Sequence record: OQ845957.1
Direction: 5' to 3' (one strand)
DNA length: 64,000 nt
Origin: Escherichia phage pEC-M719-6WT.1
This document shows, one piece after another, positions 10,627-20,562 of the stretch (position 1 is its first letter; each line of letters opens with the position of its first letter). Position numbers and translations under genes: made by a program. The notes below the pieces were generated by a model. It ran no database searches. It was given only the letters and a program-made list of their open reading frames with translations, and was not told the origin of the DNA.

Positions 10627-11034
10627 ATGAAGACTCAAACCAAACATATTAACGGAAAGAAAGTAACTATTATTCTTTTAGGTGCAAGAGAAGGTATTAA
10701 AATGTCTATGAAGCTCGGTAAAGTAGTTGTACCGACATTTGCACAGATGCTTTCTAGTTTGACCGGAAATAAAGAAGCTGAAGAAGCTCCAAAGGTTCCA
10801 TTTAAAGAACTTGTAGAAGCTTGCTTTGACAGAATTGATGAGTTGGATATTGACTCAATGGCAGAATTACTATTTCAGGGGGCAACAGTTGATGACTTCC
10901 CACTGAAAGTTGACTCTTACTTCCAAGGAAACTACGGAGAATTTATTGACTTCTTAGCATTTGCTCTGGAGGCTAATTTCGGAAGTTTTTTCGAGGCAAG
11001 CATTTTCAAAAGCCTAACTTCTCAGGAAGCTTAA
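10627..11034 (+). CDS. Tail assembly chaperone (gpE/gpG-like)
   Basis: 135 aa ORF between tube and tape measure; contains T_TTT_TTC slippery heptamer near 3' end. Confidence 0.6.
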   Translation: MKTQTKHINGKKVTIILLGAREGIKMSMKLGKVVVPTFAQMLSSLTGNKEAEEAPKVPFKELVEACFDRIDELDIDSMAELLFQGATVDDFPLKVDSYFQGNYGEFIDFLAFALEANFGSFFEASIFKSLTSQEA

Positions 11035-11270
11035 GATATGCTATGCAGACCCCACTGACTGATGGGGCTGTAGAAGCAACTTATGAAGAAGCAGATGAGA
11101 TGAAATTTGTGCTTGCTATTTACGGTATGGAAGGGTGCAAAGAAACACTTGACCAACTTTTCTCTATGTCCTTCACTGACCTTCTATCATTACGTCAGTA
11201 TCTGGAAATCCAGAGGTCATACAAAGAGGAAATTGCTTACAACGAACTTAGAAAGGCAGGTAAAATTTAA
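10986..11270 (+). CDS. Tail assembly chaperone -1 frameshift extension (gpE'/gpGT-like); ORF track shows its ATG-delimited part as 11043-11270
   Basis: -1 frame open from slippery site T TTT TTC at 10986-10992 through stop at 11270. Confidence 0.5.
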   Translation, partial: FFRGKHFQKPNFSGSLRYAMQTPLTDGAVEATYEEADEMKFVLAIYGMEGCKETLDQLFSMSFTDLLSLRQYLEIQRSYKEEIAYNELRKAGKI

Positions 11271-13507
11271 TGGCACAATATACAGTTGATAGTTTTATTG
11301 TTGAGTTGGGCTTTAGTGAAAAGGTTGTGAAGGGTTTACAAAGAGTTGAAAAGATGGCTATGCAATCTGCACAACGAATTGAAAGAAACCTGAATAAAGC
11401 CTTTGATGTGAAGCCAAATAAAAACTCTCAAGAAGCTTTAAACAGACTTGTTAAAAACGCTCAGACTGCTTCGGGCAGAATCAATAAAGCCCTGAACAAC
11501 TCCCTTAACTTAGACTCCCAAGGTGCAAAGTCTCTGAAGAAATTAGAGACACAAGGTAAGAAGACTGCAAAGGAAATTAATAAAGCCCTGAGACAAGCTA
11601 TGAAAGTTGATGGTAAAGTTAATATCCGTACAGGTGGAAAAGGTAAAGGTGGGAATACTATTCCTCCTATTGGTGGTGGTTCACCAAGACCTACAAGACC
11701 TGATATTGCACAGAGACAGATGGAAAGAATGTTTAATAACAACTTCTATTCTGGTCTGACACGTCGCCTTGAAACTATTGGTGGACAAGGTAACCAAATG
11801 GCTACTTCTTTCAGAGGTAGCTTGCAGGGTATCTATAACAAGTACAAAGGTAGTGGTAAAGTTGGTGAATATGAGCTAGAAGTTAAAAAGCTTATTGATG
11901 TAACCAAAAGATGGGTAATTGCAGAAAATGCTAGACTCAAGGCAGTCAAAGAATCAGCATGGCTACAGGATAGAGCAAATTCTTCACTAAGACAATTAGT
12001 AGGTGGTTTTGTTTCTGCATATGCTATGCTAGAATTGGCTCAGAAGACTATTGATGCAGGTGTTAAAAGACAGTCTGCACAGTTAGCTTCTACAGCAATC
12101 TTTGGAGCAGATACACAGCAAGCTAGAATGTTCGCTGCATCGTTCGCTCACCAGATTGGACAGAACTACACAGACACTATGAAGCAGTATTCAAACTTTG
12201 CTGCTGGTGCTCAACCAACACTTGGTTTCCAAGGTACTCAAGAGTTCTATAAGAACGCTGCTATGTTTGCCCGTATTAGAGGGGCATCTGACGAAGACCT
12301 GAAAGGTATCATGGTTGCTTTCCAACAGATGGCTTCTAAAGGTAAGATTCAGGCTGAAGAACTTCGTGGACAGTTAGGTGACCGTTTAGCTGGTGCTGTT
12401 CAGTTGTTCTCTGACGCGATTGGTAAGACTCCACAGGAACTGGATAAACTGATGCAGGATGGTAAACTTCTTGCTAAAGACGTTCTTCCTCAAGTTTCTG
12501 AGAAGATGAGAGAGTTAGTAGAAGCAGCAGGTGGTATGAATGCTGTGTCTAAGCAGACAGCTACTTCTATGGGTCAAGCAAAAGCGATGTGGGATAACAC
12601 TCTTGTAGCATTGTTTAACAACTCTAGTGAAGGTATTTCACAGTTGTCTAACTCAGTTGCAATGTTCTTACAAGGCTCCCTTGGTACTGCTGAAGCTTTA
12701 GGTACTGGTATCGGATACCTGTTAAAAGGTGCTGGAAACTTACTTGATTTCATTACAGACATTATGTATAGAATCTCTGGAATGTACTACCTATCTATGG
12801 GGTATTTCAACGAATTAGATGCTAGTCAACAGAAACTAATCAAAGATTCTGCTGAGTTAGTTACTACATTCACTGCTATTGGTGTTTCAATTGCAGCTAT
12901 TACAAAAGTCGCTAAAATCTTTGGTGGTACTGTAGCGTTTGTCAAGAGTGTTTTTGAAGAAGGTATCTTAGCTAAGATTGCTCAAAAGCTTGGTCTGACA
13001 ACAGCAGCAGAGACAGCAGCTACAACGGCTGGTGTAACAGGAACTAGAATGGCTCTTGGTGTAGTCGGCTCTACATTAATGTTGTCTGGTTCATCTGACA
13101 AGAACGCTGGAAAGAGGTTTAACGAGGTTAATACACCTAACCCTTTCAATGAAGCTGTTTCAGAAATCACTAATCCAAAACGTCCAATGTTCTTTGACCA
13201 GAATGGGCAATTGAGGTTTGCACAATATACAGCTGACACTGATGGTAATATCCGAAGAGTTGATAAGGGTATGTCAAATTGGGATATCATTATGAGCAAT
13301 CTGGCACAGTCTCTGAACAACTTTGCAAATAAGTTCAATCAGACCCCTATGATGATGACGCCTTCTGGATTACCTATGCAAACTAAACAGACTCTTAATG
13401 TCACGTTTAACCTTGATGGTAACCAGATTGCTACTAAGATGGTTGATATTTCCAACAAGAACCAAGAAGATATTTTGTTAAACTCAGCTTACCCAGAGGA
13501 TAATTAA
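11270..13507 (+). CDS. Tail tape measure protein
   Basis: 745 aa, coiled-coil-rich N-terminus, Gly/Ala-rich hydrophobic segments; canonical position after chaperone pair. Confidence 0.8.
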   Translation: MAQYTVDSFIVELGFSEKVVKGLQRVEKMAMQSAQRIERNLNKAFDVKPNKNSQEALNRLVKNAQTASGRINKALNNSLNLDSQGAKSLKKLETQGKKTAKEINKALRQAMKVDGKVNIRTGGKGKGGNTIPPIGGGSPRPTRPDIAQRQMERMFNNNFYSGLTRRLETIGGQGNQMATSFRGSLQGIYNKYKGSGKVGEYELEVKKLIDVTKRWVIAENARLKAVKESAWLQDRANSSLRQLVGGFVSAYAMLELAQKTIDAGVKRQSAQLASTAIFGADTQQARMFAASFAHQIGQNYTDTMKQYSNFAAGAQPTLGFQGTQEFYKNAAMFARIRGASDEDLKGIMVAFQQMASKGKIQAEELRGQLGDRLAGAVQLFSDAIGKTPQELDKLMQDGKLLAKDVLPQVSEKMRELVEAAGGMNAVSKQTATSMGQAKAMWDNTLVALFNNSSEGISQLSNSVAMFLQGSLGTAEALGTGIGYLLKGAGNLLDFITDIMYRISGMYYLSMGYFNELDASQQKLIKDSAELVTTFTAIGVSIAAITKVAKIFGGTVAFVKSVFEEGILAKIAQKLGLTTAAETAATTAGVTGTRMALGVVGSTLMLSGSSDKNAGKRFNEVNTPNPFNEAVSEITNPKRPMFFDQNGQLRFAQYTADTDGNIRRVDKGMSNWDIIMSNLAQSLNNFANKFNQTPMMMTPSGLPMQTKQTLNVTFNLDGNQIATKMVDISNKNQEDILLNSAYPEDN

Positions 13508-14319
13508 TGTTATGGGATAACAACATGCAAATCAAGTACTCTGGAAAGGATGGTATTTATTTCCATCTTAGAGATAATGTAGACGCATTCTTGACATTAT
13601 CTGCAACAGAGCAAATGGAGTATGACTCACCTATGTTGGTGACTACTCAAGCAATGCAAAGTGGTCAGACTATTACTGACAACGTGCAACGTTCCCCTAA
13701 GACAATTTCTATTTCTGGTGTTGTGGTAGTTGGCTACGAAGGTAGCCTTCTACGCACTCGTCAAGGTCAATTAGTAGAAAACTTTATTTCAACTGTAGAG
13801 ACTTGGAGAGACCAGAAGCAGATTATTTCAATCGTCTGTAAAGATGGTATTAAGATTGACGACGCTGTAATTACCCAATTTAAAGCTTCTAAAGAACACA
13901 CAATTTCTAATGGTCTTCGTATTCAGATGACCTTCCAAGAAATTAACTTTAAATCCGTTGTAGGGACTACAGATGTTAGTGCAGCAACTGGTAAAACATC
14001 CACAACTAAAGATGACGGTGTAACTTCTAAAAAGAACACTGGTAATACTACAACATCTCTTGGAAGTGGTAAATTGAATTGTCAATTGCTTTATGATATC
14101 CAAGCAAGTGGTGTGAGGATTCTTTCTAGTGCAGAGCAAAAAGCACTAGGTAACTGTGGTTTATCTGCAAATACTAATAAGGGAGTAACCACATTTAGTG
14201 ACAAAGCTAATGCTGGAGCAGCTAATGCAATCAGACAATCCTCAGCCAACCAATCAGCAGGTAAAGGGAATGCTTTACAGACTCATTCAGTAAATCCTAA
14301 CAAGAAAGGAAATTATTAA
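13507..14319 (+). CDS. Hypothetical tail/baseplate protein
   Basis: 270 aa ORF, coupled start. Confidence 0.5.
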   Translation: MLWDNNMQIKYSGKDGIYFHLRDNVDAFLTLSATEQMEYDSPMLVTTQAMQSGQTITDNVQRSPKTISISGVVVVGYEGSLLRTRQGQLVENFISTVETWRDQKQIISIVCKDGIKIDDAVITQFKASKEHTISNGLRIQMTFQEINFKSVVGTTDVSAATGKTSTTKDDGVTSKKNTGNTTTSLGSGKLNCQLLYDIQASGVRILSSAEQKALGNCGLSANTNKGVTTFSDKANAGAANAIRQSSANQSAGKGNALQTHSVNPNKKGNY

Positions 14320-14660
14320 TGTCACAATATATTCCTGTCCCAGATACTGCATGGTCAACTCAAACAGTTACTTTAGATGGTTCTGTGTTTATTATTGAGT
14401 TGAAATACAAAGGTAGGCTTGACAGATGGTTCTTGACGCTCACAGATGTTGATGGTAATGTATTACTATCTGAAAAGAAATGTCTTGCTGACCAATCATT
14501 AACAGGCCGCTATGTAATCCCCTCCTTGGCTGGTGAAATCTTCGTTGAGAAAATCTATGGAACTGATAAGCAACCTACTAGAAATAATTTTGGAAGGGGG
14601 AAAGCCTTTGAACTTAACTATTATACGGCAGCAGATATGAGAATTATGGAGAACTTATAA
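14319..14660 (+). CDS. Hypothetical tail protein
   Basis: 113 aa ORF. Confidence 0.5.
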   Translation: MSQYIPVPDTAWSTQTVTLDGSVFIIELKYKGRLDRWFLTLTDVDGNVLLSEKKCLADQSLTGRYVIPSLAGEIFVEKIYGTDKQPTRNNFGRGKAFELNYYTAADMRIMENL

Positions 14661-15637
14661 TGTCTATCCAAGATAACACTGCTGGAGCATCTTTCAGGTG
14701 TTATCAACTGGCTGTAGGGAGTGAATCTACAGCCTTTAATGATAAGCCTACAAGTCATGCAAAAGACTCTCAAGAGATGGTTTATTTCGACAATTTACAG
14801 TTCACATGTAATGTCTCTTACACGTCTCAAAAGAACAAGGTGACAACTGATGATACCACGTTTGAAATTTATAACCTGAATAAAGAGATGAGAGCAAAGT
14901 TTAAAACAGTTGGTGGTACGGTAATGCTACGTGCTGGCTATACAACTGGCTTCAAGAGAGACTCAAACGGTGATTTGATTATTGAATATGATAACCTGCC
15001 ACTCATCTACTTAGGCACTATTGAGTATGCTTATACTTATAGACGTGGTGTGGACATGATTACTAAGGTAATCTGTTCAAATGACAAAATGGAAAGAACC
15101 ACTATCAAGAGTTCTATTTCATATAAAGCTGGAACATCCAGACAGAGTGTTATTAAAGACCTAGTTTCAAGACTTGGTTTCACACTTATTGATGAAGACC
15201 TTTCTAATATCCAAGGTTACACTTACAAGAATGGTTACAGTGTTTGGGGAAGTACAGCAGAGGCACTAACAAAGGTCTGTGAAGAAAGCGGTTTAAGATG
15301 GTACACATTCAATAAGCAAATTAGGATTGTACCTTTCAATGCTAAAGCTAAACAATTATCTTGGGAGATTTTCCCATACAACGTTATTGACTTTCTTCAA
15401 GGTTACTACAGAAGAACTAGAAAGGTTCTGAAGAAACAGAATAAGACTGAGATTAAAGTTAAAACTGGTGTACGTTGTAAAATCCACCTTGACGGAAGAA
15501 TTAAGATGGGAGACAACGTGACTATTCGTGAAAGTGAAGACTTTGAAGGTCAATACAGAGTAAAAGGTTTAGCACACAGCCTAGATTATTCAGGTGGTGC
15601 TTGGACAACTGAATTAGATTTGGAGAAGGTAGAGTAA
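14660..15637 (+). CDS. Tail/baseplate protein (P2 gpD-like position)
   Basis: 325 aa ORF preceding baseplate genes. Confidence 0.45.
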   Translation: MSIQDNTAGASFRCYQLAVGSESTAFNDKPTSHAKDSQEMVYFDNLQFTCNVSYTSQKNKVTTDDTTFEIYNLNKEMRAKFKTVGGTVMLRAGYTTGFKRDSNGDLIIEYDNLPLIYLGTIEYAYTYRRGVDMITKVICSNDKMERTTIKSSISYKAGTSRQSVIKDLVSRLGFTLIDEDLSNIQGYTYKNGYSVWGSTAEALTKVCEESGLRWYTFNKQIRIVPFNAKAKQLSWEIFPYNVIDFLQGYYRRTRKVLKKQNKTEIKVKTGVRCKIHLDGRIKMGDNVTIRESEDFEGQYRVKGLAHSLDYSGGAWTTELDLEKVE

Positions 15638-16278
15638 TGAAATCCCCTGTAACAAGAATGTCAGGGTACGTTACTGAGTGTTTGGATGAATTTAAAAAGG
15701 AACTCTACACTGGTTTACCAGCTATTATTGTTTCCTATGATGCTAAAACACAATCTGCAACGGTAAGGCCATTATACTCTATTGATGGTCTTCCAATGCC
15801 AGAGATTACAGGTGTTCCAGTTCAATTCCCTAGTGGTGGTGGAGCATCTTTAACGTTCCCTGTAAAGACAAATGACAGATGCTGGTTAGCATTCTCTATG
15901 CTTCCACTTGATGACTATGTAGTTAATGACAAGAACGTACAGATGGAAACAAATCTAAGAAGAACACACGACATGACTGACTGTGTAGCTTTTGTAGGTA
16001 TCTGTACAAGAACTCAGAACTTTAATCCTGACCCAACAGCAGTAAGGTTACACTACGGAGATTCGGTATTAAGAATCACTGATGATGGTAATTTCTGGTT
16101 CACTGGTGATGTTCATATTTCTAAGAATCTTTACGTTGAAGAAGATGTAATTGCCAAAGGTGAAGTTCATGGTTCAGATTTTGTCAGTGATACTACAGGT
16201 GTTAGTTTCAATGAGCATAACCACCATTACTACTGGACTGACGGTGGCGGTGAAGCTGATACAACAGAGGCACAATAA
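15637..16278 (+). CDS. Baseplate central spike protein (gpV-like)
   Basis: 213 aa; size and position match P2 gpV-type spike. Confidence 0.5.
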   Translation: MKSPVTRMSGYVTECLDEFKKELYTGLPAIIVSYDAKTQSATVRPLYSIDGLPMPEITGVPVQFPSGGGASLTFPVKTNDRCWLAFSMLPLDDYVVNDKNVQMETNLRRTHDMTDCVAFVGICTRTQNFNPDPTAVRLHYGDSVLRITDDGNFWFTGDVHISKNLYVEEDVIAKGEVHGSDFVSDTTGVSFNEHNHHYYWTDGGGEADTTEAQ

Positions 16279-16694
16279 TGAAGACAGACTTTGCAATTAA
16301 CCTTGGTGGAGACTACGTAGCTAAAATGGGTTCAGACTCTGTTTACGTAGCCCACGGAGATTTAAAAATTATTGGTAACCAAATTAGAATTATCCCTGAA
16401 GATGATAAAGCTACACAGGTTGCACAAAGATTACATATTAGATGTTTGCTAAGGGCTGGAGAAGTGTTCTTCAATACTTCTGCTGGATTCCCTTATTTGC
16501 AGCTTGCTAAGTTCAAGCAGAGAACATCTATTTTTGATAACTATATGAAAGGCTACCTTGTTGAGACAAGAGATGTGACAAATATCTACAATTACTCTTC
16601 AACAATGGATAGTGCCATGAGAAAAGTTTCAGTCAGCTTTAGTGCAACTACAACTGCTGATACTGTAGAAATTAATGAAGAGGTAAACATTTAA
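16278..16694 (+). CDS. Baseplate wedge protein (gpW/gp25-like)
   Basis: 138 aa ORF following spike gene. Confidence 0.5.
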   Translation: MKTDFAINLGGDYVAKMGSDSVYVAHGDLKIIGNQIRIIPEDDKATQVAQRLHIRCLLRAGEVFFNTSAGFPYLQLAKFKQRTSIFDNYMKGYLVETRDVTNIYNYSSTMDSAMRKVSVSFSATTTADTVEINEEVNI

Positions 16695-18163
16695 TGGCTG
16701 GATTAACTACAACTGGTTTGCAGACAAAAAGATATCAAGAAATCTTAGATGATATTAAAGAAAGCCTATACAGAGATATTTCACCTAACCTTGATGTATC
16801 TGAAGATAGCCAGCTTGGACTCTTCTTAGCTTCTGTTTGTAGAGCCTTGGCAGATGCACATGAAATCTTGTCAGAAATCTATGATGGTGGTACTATTGAC
16901 AAAGCTGAGGGATTTAGCCTTGATGATGTAACAGCACTGAACGCTGTATACAGATATGTTGCACAAGCTACGAGAGGTCAGGCTGAGTTTACTGGTACAT
17001 CCGGTTCTCCAGTTCCCTCTACAACAAGACTAAGAAGTACAGCAGGTAATATTTTCTACCCTGTATCAACATTTACACTAACTCCGTCTTACTGCGTTGA
17101 AGCAAATTTGGAAGTTAACTCTTTACGTACTGACTCAAACTATGTTATTATTATTGATAACGTTGAATACTCATATCAACCAACAAGCTCAGATACTGTT
17201 ACAACACTTTTACAGCACTTAGCAGACTCTATCAATGGTGGTCTCGTTGCTAAAGCTGAAGTTGTTAATGATGGTTCTGTGTTGAAAATCTATAAAGATA
17301 CTGGAGATATTGTTGCCAGAACAAACCCTATGGTTGTAACTGCGACAACCTTCTTGACATTCACAAAGATTACTACGATTAATGATGTAGTGGCTGAACA
17401 GACAGGCGCTTTACCAACTCTGGCAGGAACACTTATTGAGATTGAAACAACTGTAGATGGTCTTGACGGTGTATTTAACAGATATGACCTAGTAACTGGA
17501 CGTGATGAAGAATCTGACACAGAACTACGTCAGCGTTACCTAGAATCTTTAGCAGTTACTGGTGTGGGTACTTTAGATGCTATCGTTGCTGCTGTCAAGA
17601 GAGTTCAAGGTGTATCTGATGCTTCTGGTGTAGAAAATGACACAGAGACTACTTCTTCTGGTGGGTTACCTCCAAAGTCTTTCAAGATTGTCGTTGTAGG
17701 TGGTCAGAACGACAACGTAGCACAGGCTATCTGGGATGCTAAACCTGCTGGTATTAGAGCATACGGCTCTATCTTTGGAACAGCTTATGACTTAGGTGAC
17801 TTACCACATAATGTCTACTTTAGCAGACCAATGCCTAAGTATGTTTTTGTCAAGGTAAAATACTCAATGTACGATGAAGAATCTTTGAACATCCCTGAAC
17901 AGGATATCCATGACAGAGTTGTGCAGGGTATTAACGCTTATGGTAGAACCTTGAAAGTTGGTAATGACGTTATCCCTAACAGAATCTATGGATATGTTTA
18001 TGACGTTATCCAAGGTATTGAGATTAATGAAATCAAAGTAGCCTTGGCAAATAACCAATCAGTACCTCCAGCAGATGACCAGTATACCACTGCAAGAATC
18101 ACAGTTGATGGTGACCAGTATACCGTATGGGAAAGCAGTCAGTATACCATTACTAAGGAATAA
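16694..18163 (+). CDS. Baseplate protein (gpJ-like)
   Basis: 489 aa ORF following gpW-like gene. Confidence 0.5.
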   Translation: MAGLTTTGLQTKRYQEILDDIKESLYRDISPNLDVSEDSQLGLFLASVCRALADAHEILSEIYDGGTIDKAEGFSLDDVTALNAVYRYVAQATRGQAEFTGTSGSPVPSTTRLRSTAGNIFYPVSTFTLTPSYCVEANLEVNSLRTDSNYVIIIDNVEYSYQPTSSDTVTTLLQHLADSINGGLVAKAEVVNDGSVLKIYKDTGDIVARTNPMVVTATTFLTFTKITTINDVVAEQTGALPTLAGTLIEIETTVDGLDGVFNRYDLVTGRDEESDTELRQRYLESLAVTGVGTLDAIVAAVKRVQGVSDASGVENDTETTSSGGLPPKSFKIVVVGGQNDNVAQAIWDAKPAGIRAYGSIFGTAYDLGDLPHNVYFSRPMPKYVFVKVKYSMYDEESLNIPEQDIHDRVVQGINAYGRTLKVGNDVIPNRIYGYVYDVIQGIEINEIKVALANNQSVPPADDQYTTARITVDGDQYTVWESSQYTITKE

Positions 18164-18166
18164 TTA

Positions 18167-19024
18167 ATGTTACAAAAAATTGACAACATCTATGAAAAGA
18201 CGTTGGACGAAAGAACTGTAACACAATTCAAAGACAAGTTTATTTACACAAGTCTATTGAAATCTATCACAGATGAGTTACAATTGATTGAGGATATTAG
18301 TTTTCAGTTATACACTGAACGCAATATTCGTACAGGTGTAGGTCAGCAATTAGATAACATTGGGGCTTTGATTAAAGTCCCTAGACCTATTGGTGCTACA
18401 GACGAAGCTTACAGAGCTATCCTATATATCCAAATCTTTCTAAGACGTTCTGACACGACTCCAACGTTTCTTCAAAAAGCTATTATGACTCTTTACAATG
18501 CTACATTCAGTCAAATCTTTGAGCATATTACTCCTATGACTGGAGGTATTGTTATCAGAGTTAACACCAGAAACAACGTTGTAGATACAGCATACACACT
18601 TTCAAAGATTGCTGCAACAACTATCGGTTCAGCAGTCATCTTGAGGGATGTTACTTTGAATGGTACTGCATGGACACCTGTAGAGGTTGCTGACTCAGCT
18701 TTAGCAATCACTGATGACAAGAATAACTGGTTCGTTACAGATAACAACAAAGGTCTTGTAACAAACAACACAGGTGGCTCTCTTGAGGCTAACTTATTAG
18801 GAAGTTTAGCAGATGCTGGTGTAAGGGACGGCTACATGAGAGTTGATAAAACTGGTGGAAGTACCAGTAAAGATTACTTCAAAGTCTCTAAGACAGCAAA
18901 CGGTAATGATTATTTCATTGCTGGTAAAGAAACAGTCACAGGTGGTGATTATGGTGTAATGGCTGAAGTTGCACAAATCATCAAGGGCAGAAAAGATAAA
19001 TCCCAACAAGAAGGAAGTTCATAA
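18167..19024 (+). CDS. Baseplate/tail fibre attachment protein (gpI-like)
   Basis: 285 aa ORF between baseplate J-like and fibre genes. Confidence 0.45.
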   Translation: MLQKIDNIYEKTLDERTVTQFKDKFIYTSLLKSITDELQLIEDISFQLYTERNIRTGVGQQLDNIGALIKVPRPIGATDEAYRAILYIQIFLRRSDTTPTFLQKAIMTLYNATFSQIFEHITPMTGGIVIRVNTRNNVVDTAYTLSKIAATTIGSAVILRDVTLNGTAWTPVEVADSALAITDDKNNWFVTDNNKGLVTNNTGGSLEANLLGSLADAGVRDGYMRVDKTGGSTSKDYFKVSKTANGNDYFIAGKETVTGGDYGVMAEVAQIIKGRKDKSQQEGSS

Positions 19025-19326
19025 TGGCAGATTTAAATTGGGCTACAGACTCAGTAGATGCTGATGGTAACCAGCTTAAAGTATTACCACCACCAGAAGT
19101 TCAAGCAACTGGTCTTTTAAGGGGTGAACCTATGGGTCGTCAGTGGTTTAACTATATCCTAAACTATCTTCTGGTAAGAGTAAACGGGACGGTAGGTGAA
19201 GTCAAATCTTTTGCCACTGAACAACCTGATTTAGTTGCAAGTGGTTGGACTCTTATTAAAACAGAAACAGGTACTGCAACAACATCGACAACAAACCTAT
19301 ACACATATGAATATGTAGGGGGCTAA
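19024..19326 (+). CDS. Hypothetical tail protein
   Basis: 100 aa ORF. Confidence 0.45.
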   Translation: MADLNWATDSVDADGNQLKVLPPPEVQATGLLRGEPMGRQWFNYILNYLLVRVNGTVGEVKSFATEQPDLVASGWTLIKTETGTATTSTTNLYTYEYVGG

Positions 19327-19328
19327 TA

Positions 19329-20516
19329 ATGGCAGTTGGTGAAATTCAAATTAGTGCATTACCTCAAGCCTCTCTACCAATCGGGCTTAGTGATATTTTT
19401 CACTTGAAGCAGGGTATTGAGGATAAAAGGTGTACACTAGAGCAATTACTTGCTCCACACGCATCTTTAAAGAATAACCCACACGAAGTTACAAAAAATC
19501 AGGTTGGTTTGAGTAGTGTTATTAACGCACTCCAATTAGTTGCTGCTAATAACTTGTCAGATGTTGTTAATGTTCAGGAAGCTAGAACAAACTTAGGAAT
19601 CCTTTCAAGTGACCAAGTTAATGCTCTTATTCAGGCTCACATTGATGACAAGAATAACCCTCACAATACTACGAAGAGTCAAGTTGGATTAGGTAATCTT
19701 CAGAACTGGACATACTCTAATTCATACTCTGAAGATGCTGACAGATACGCCACAGCAAGGGCTGTAAATGCTCTGTATAGAGCTATTCAGGATAGCTACC
19801 CAATTGGGACAATCCACTTATCAGTTAACCCTGCAAACCCATCTTCATATCTTCTTTGTGGTGGTACTTGGGAGTTAGTTTCAAAGGGTAGGTCTCTTGT
19901 TGGTTATGATACTGCATCAAGACCTGTAGAGTCAACATTTGGTAGTCAGACTGTCACACTCGGTTCAAATAACTTGCCAGCACACACACACTCTGTGTAC
20001 TTAGCGGGTGGTTCACACAATCATGACGCAATTGTTAGTATCTCCGGTTTTGATTATGGTGTTAAATCATCAAGTTCATTTGACTATGGAACAAAAACAT
20101 CAAATTTAACTGGTGCTCATAAACACACAATCAGTGGTACTGCTGCAAGCAACGGTAGCCACTCACATACGTCAACAGACTACTTTATTAATGAAGTTGT
20201 GGCTGGAAATAACTATGCCTTAAATGGTGGTGGTGGGGGCTACCAACATATTGCAACAAGGGACACTAGCAGTGCTGGGTTACACACACACTCAATCAGT
20301 GGGTCTACTTCATCTTCTGATGCTCACGCGCATACTGTAAGCATTGGTGCTCACGAGCATACTGTAAACATTGGTGCTCATAACCACAATGGAAGTGTAA
20401 GTATCTCAAGTACTGACCACACTCACTCAGGTACAACTGGTGCTGCTGGTGCAGGGCAAGGATTCAGTATTGAACAACCATCTTACGTTGTTTACGTGTG
20501 GAAGAGAGTAGCTTAA
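19329..20516 (+). CDS. Tail fibre protein with His-rich HxH-repeat C-terminal tip
   Basis: 395 aa; many HTHS/HAHT/HEHT/HNHN motifs; shares SFDYGTKTSN.TGAH.HT.SG module with next fibre. Confidence 0.7.
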   Translation: MAVGEIQISALPQASLPIGLSDIFHLKQGIEDKRCTLEQLLAPHASLKNNPHEVTKNQVGLSSVINALQLVAANNLSDVVNVQEARTNLGILSSDQVNALIQAHIDDKNNPHNTTKSQVGLGNLQNWTYSNSYSEDADRYATARAVNALYRAIQDSYPIGTIHLSVNPANPSSYLLCGGTWELVSKGRSLVGYDTASRPVESTFGSQTVTLGSNNLPAHTHSVYLAGGSHNHDAIVSISGFDYGVKSSSSFDYGTKTSNLTGAHKHTISGTAASNGSHSHTSTDYFINEVVAGNNYALNGGGGGYQHIATRDTSSAGLHTHSISGSTSSSDAHAHTVSIGAHEHTVNIGAHNHNGSVSISSTDHTHSGTTGAAGAGQGFSIEQPSYVVYVWKRVA

Positions 20517-20562
20517 TTATTTTTAAGGGGGCTGTAAAGCCCTCTATTAAGAGGATTGATAA

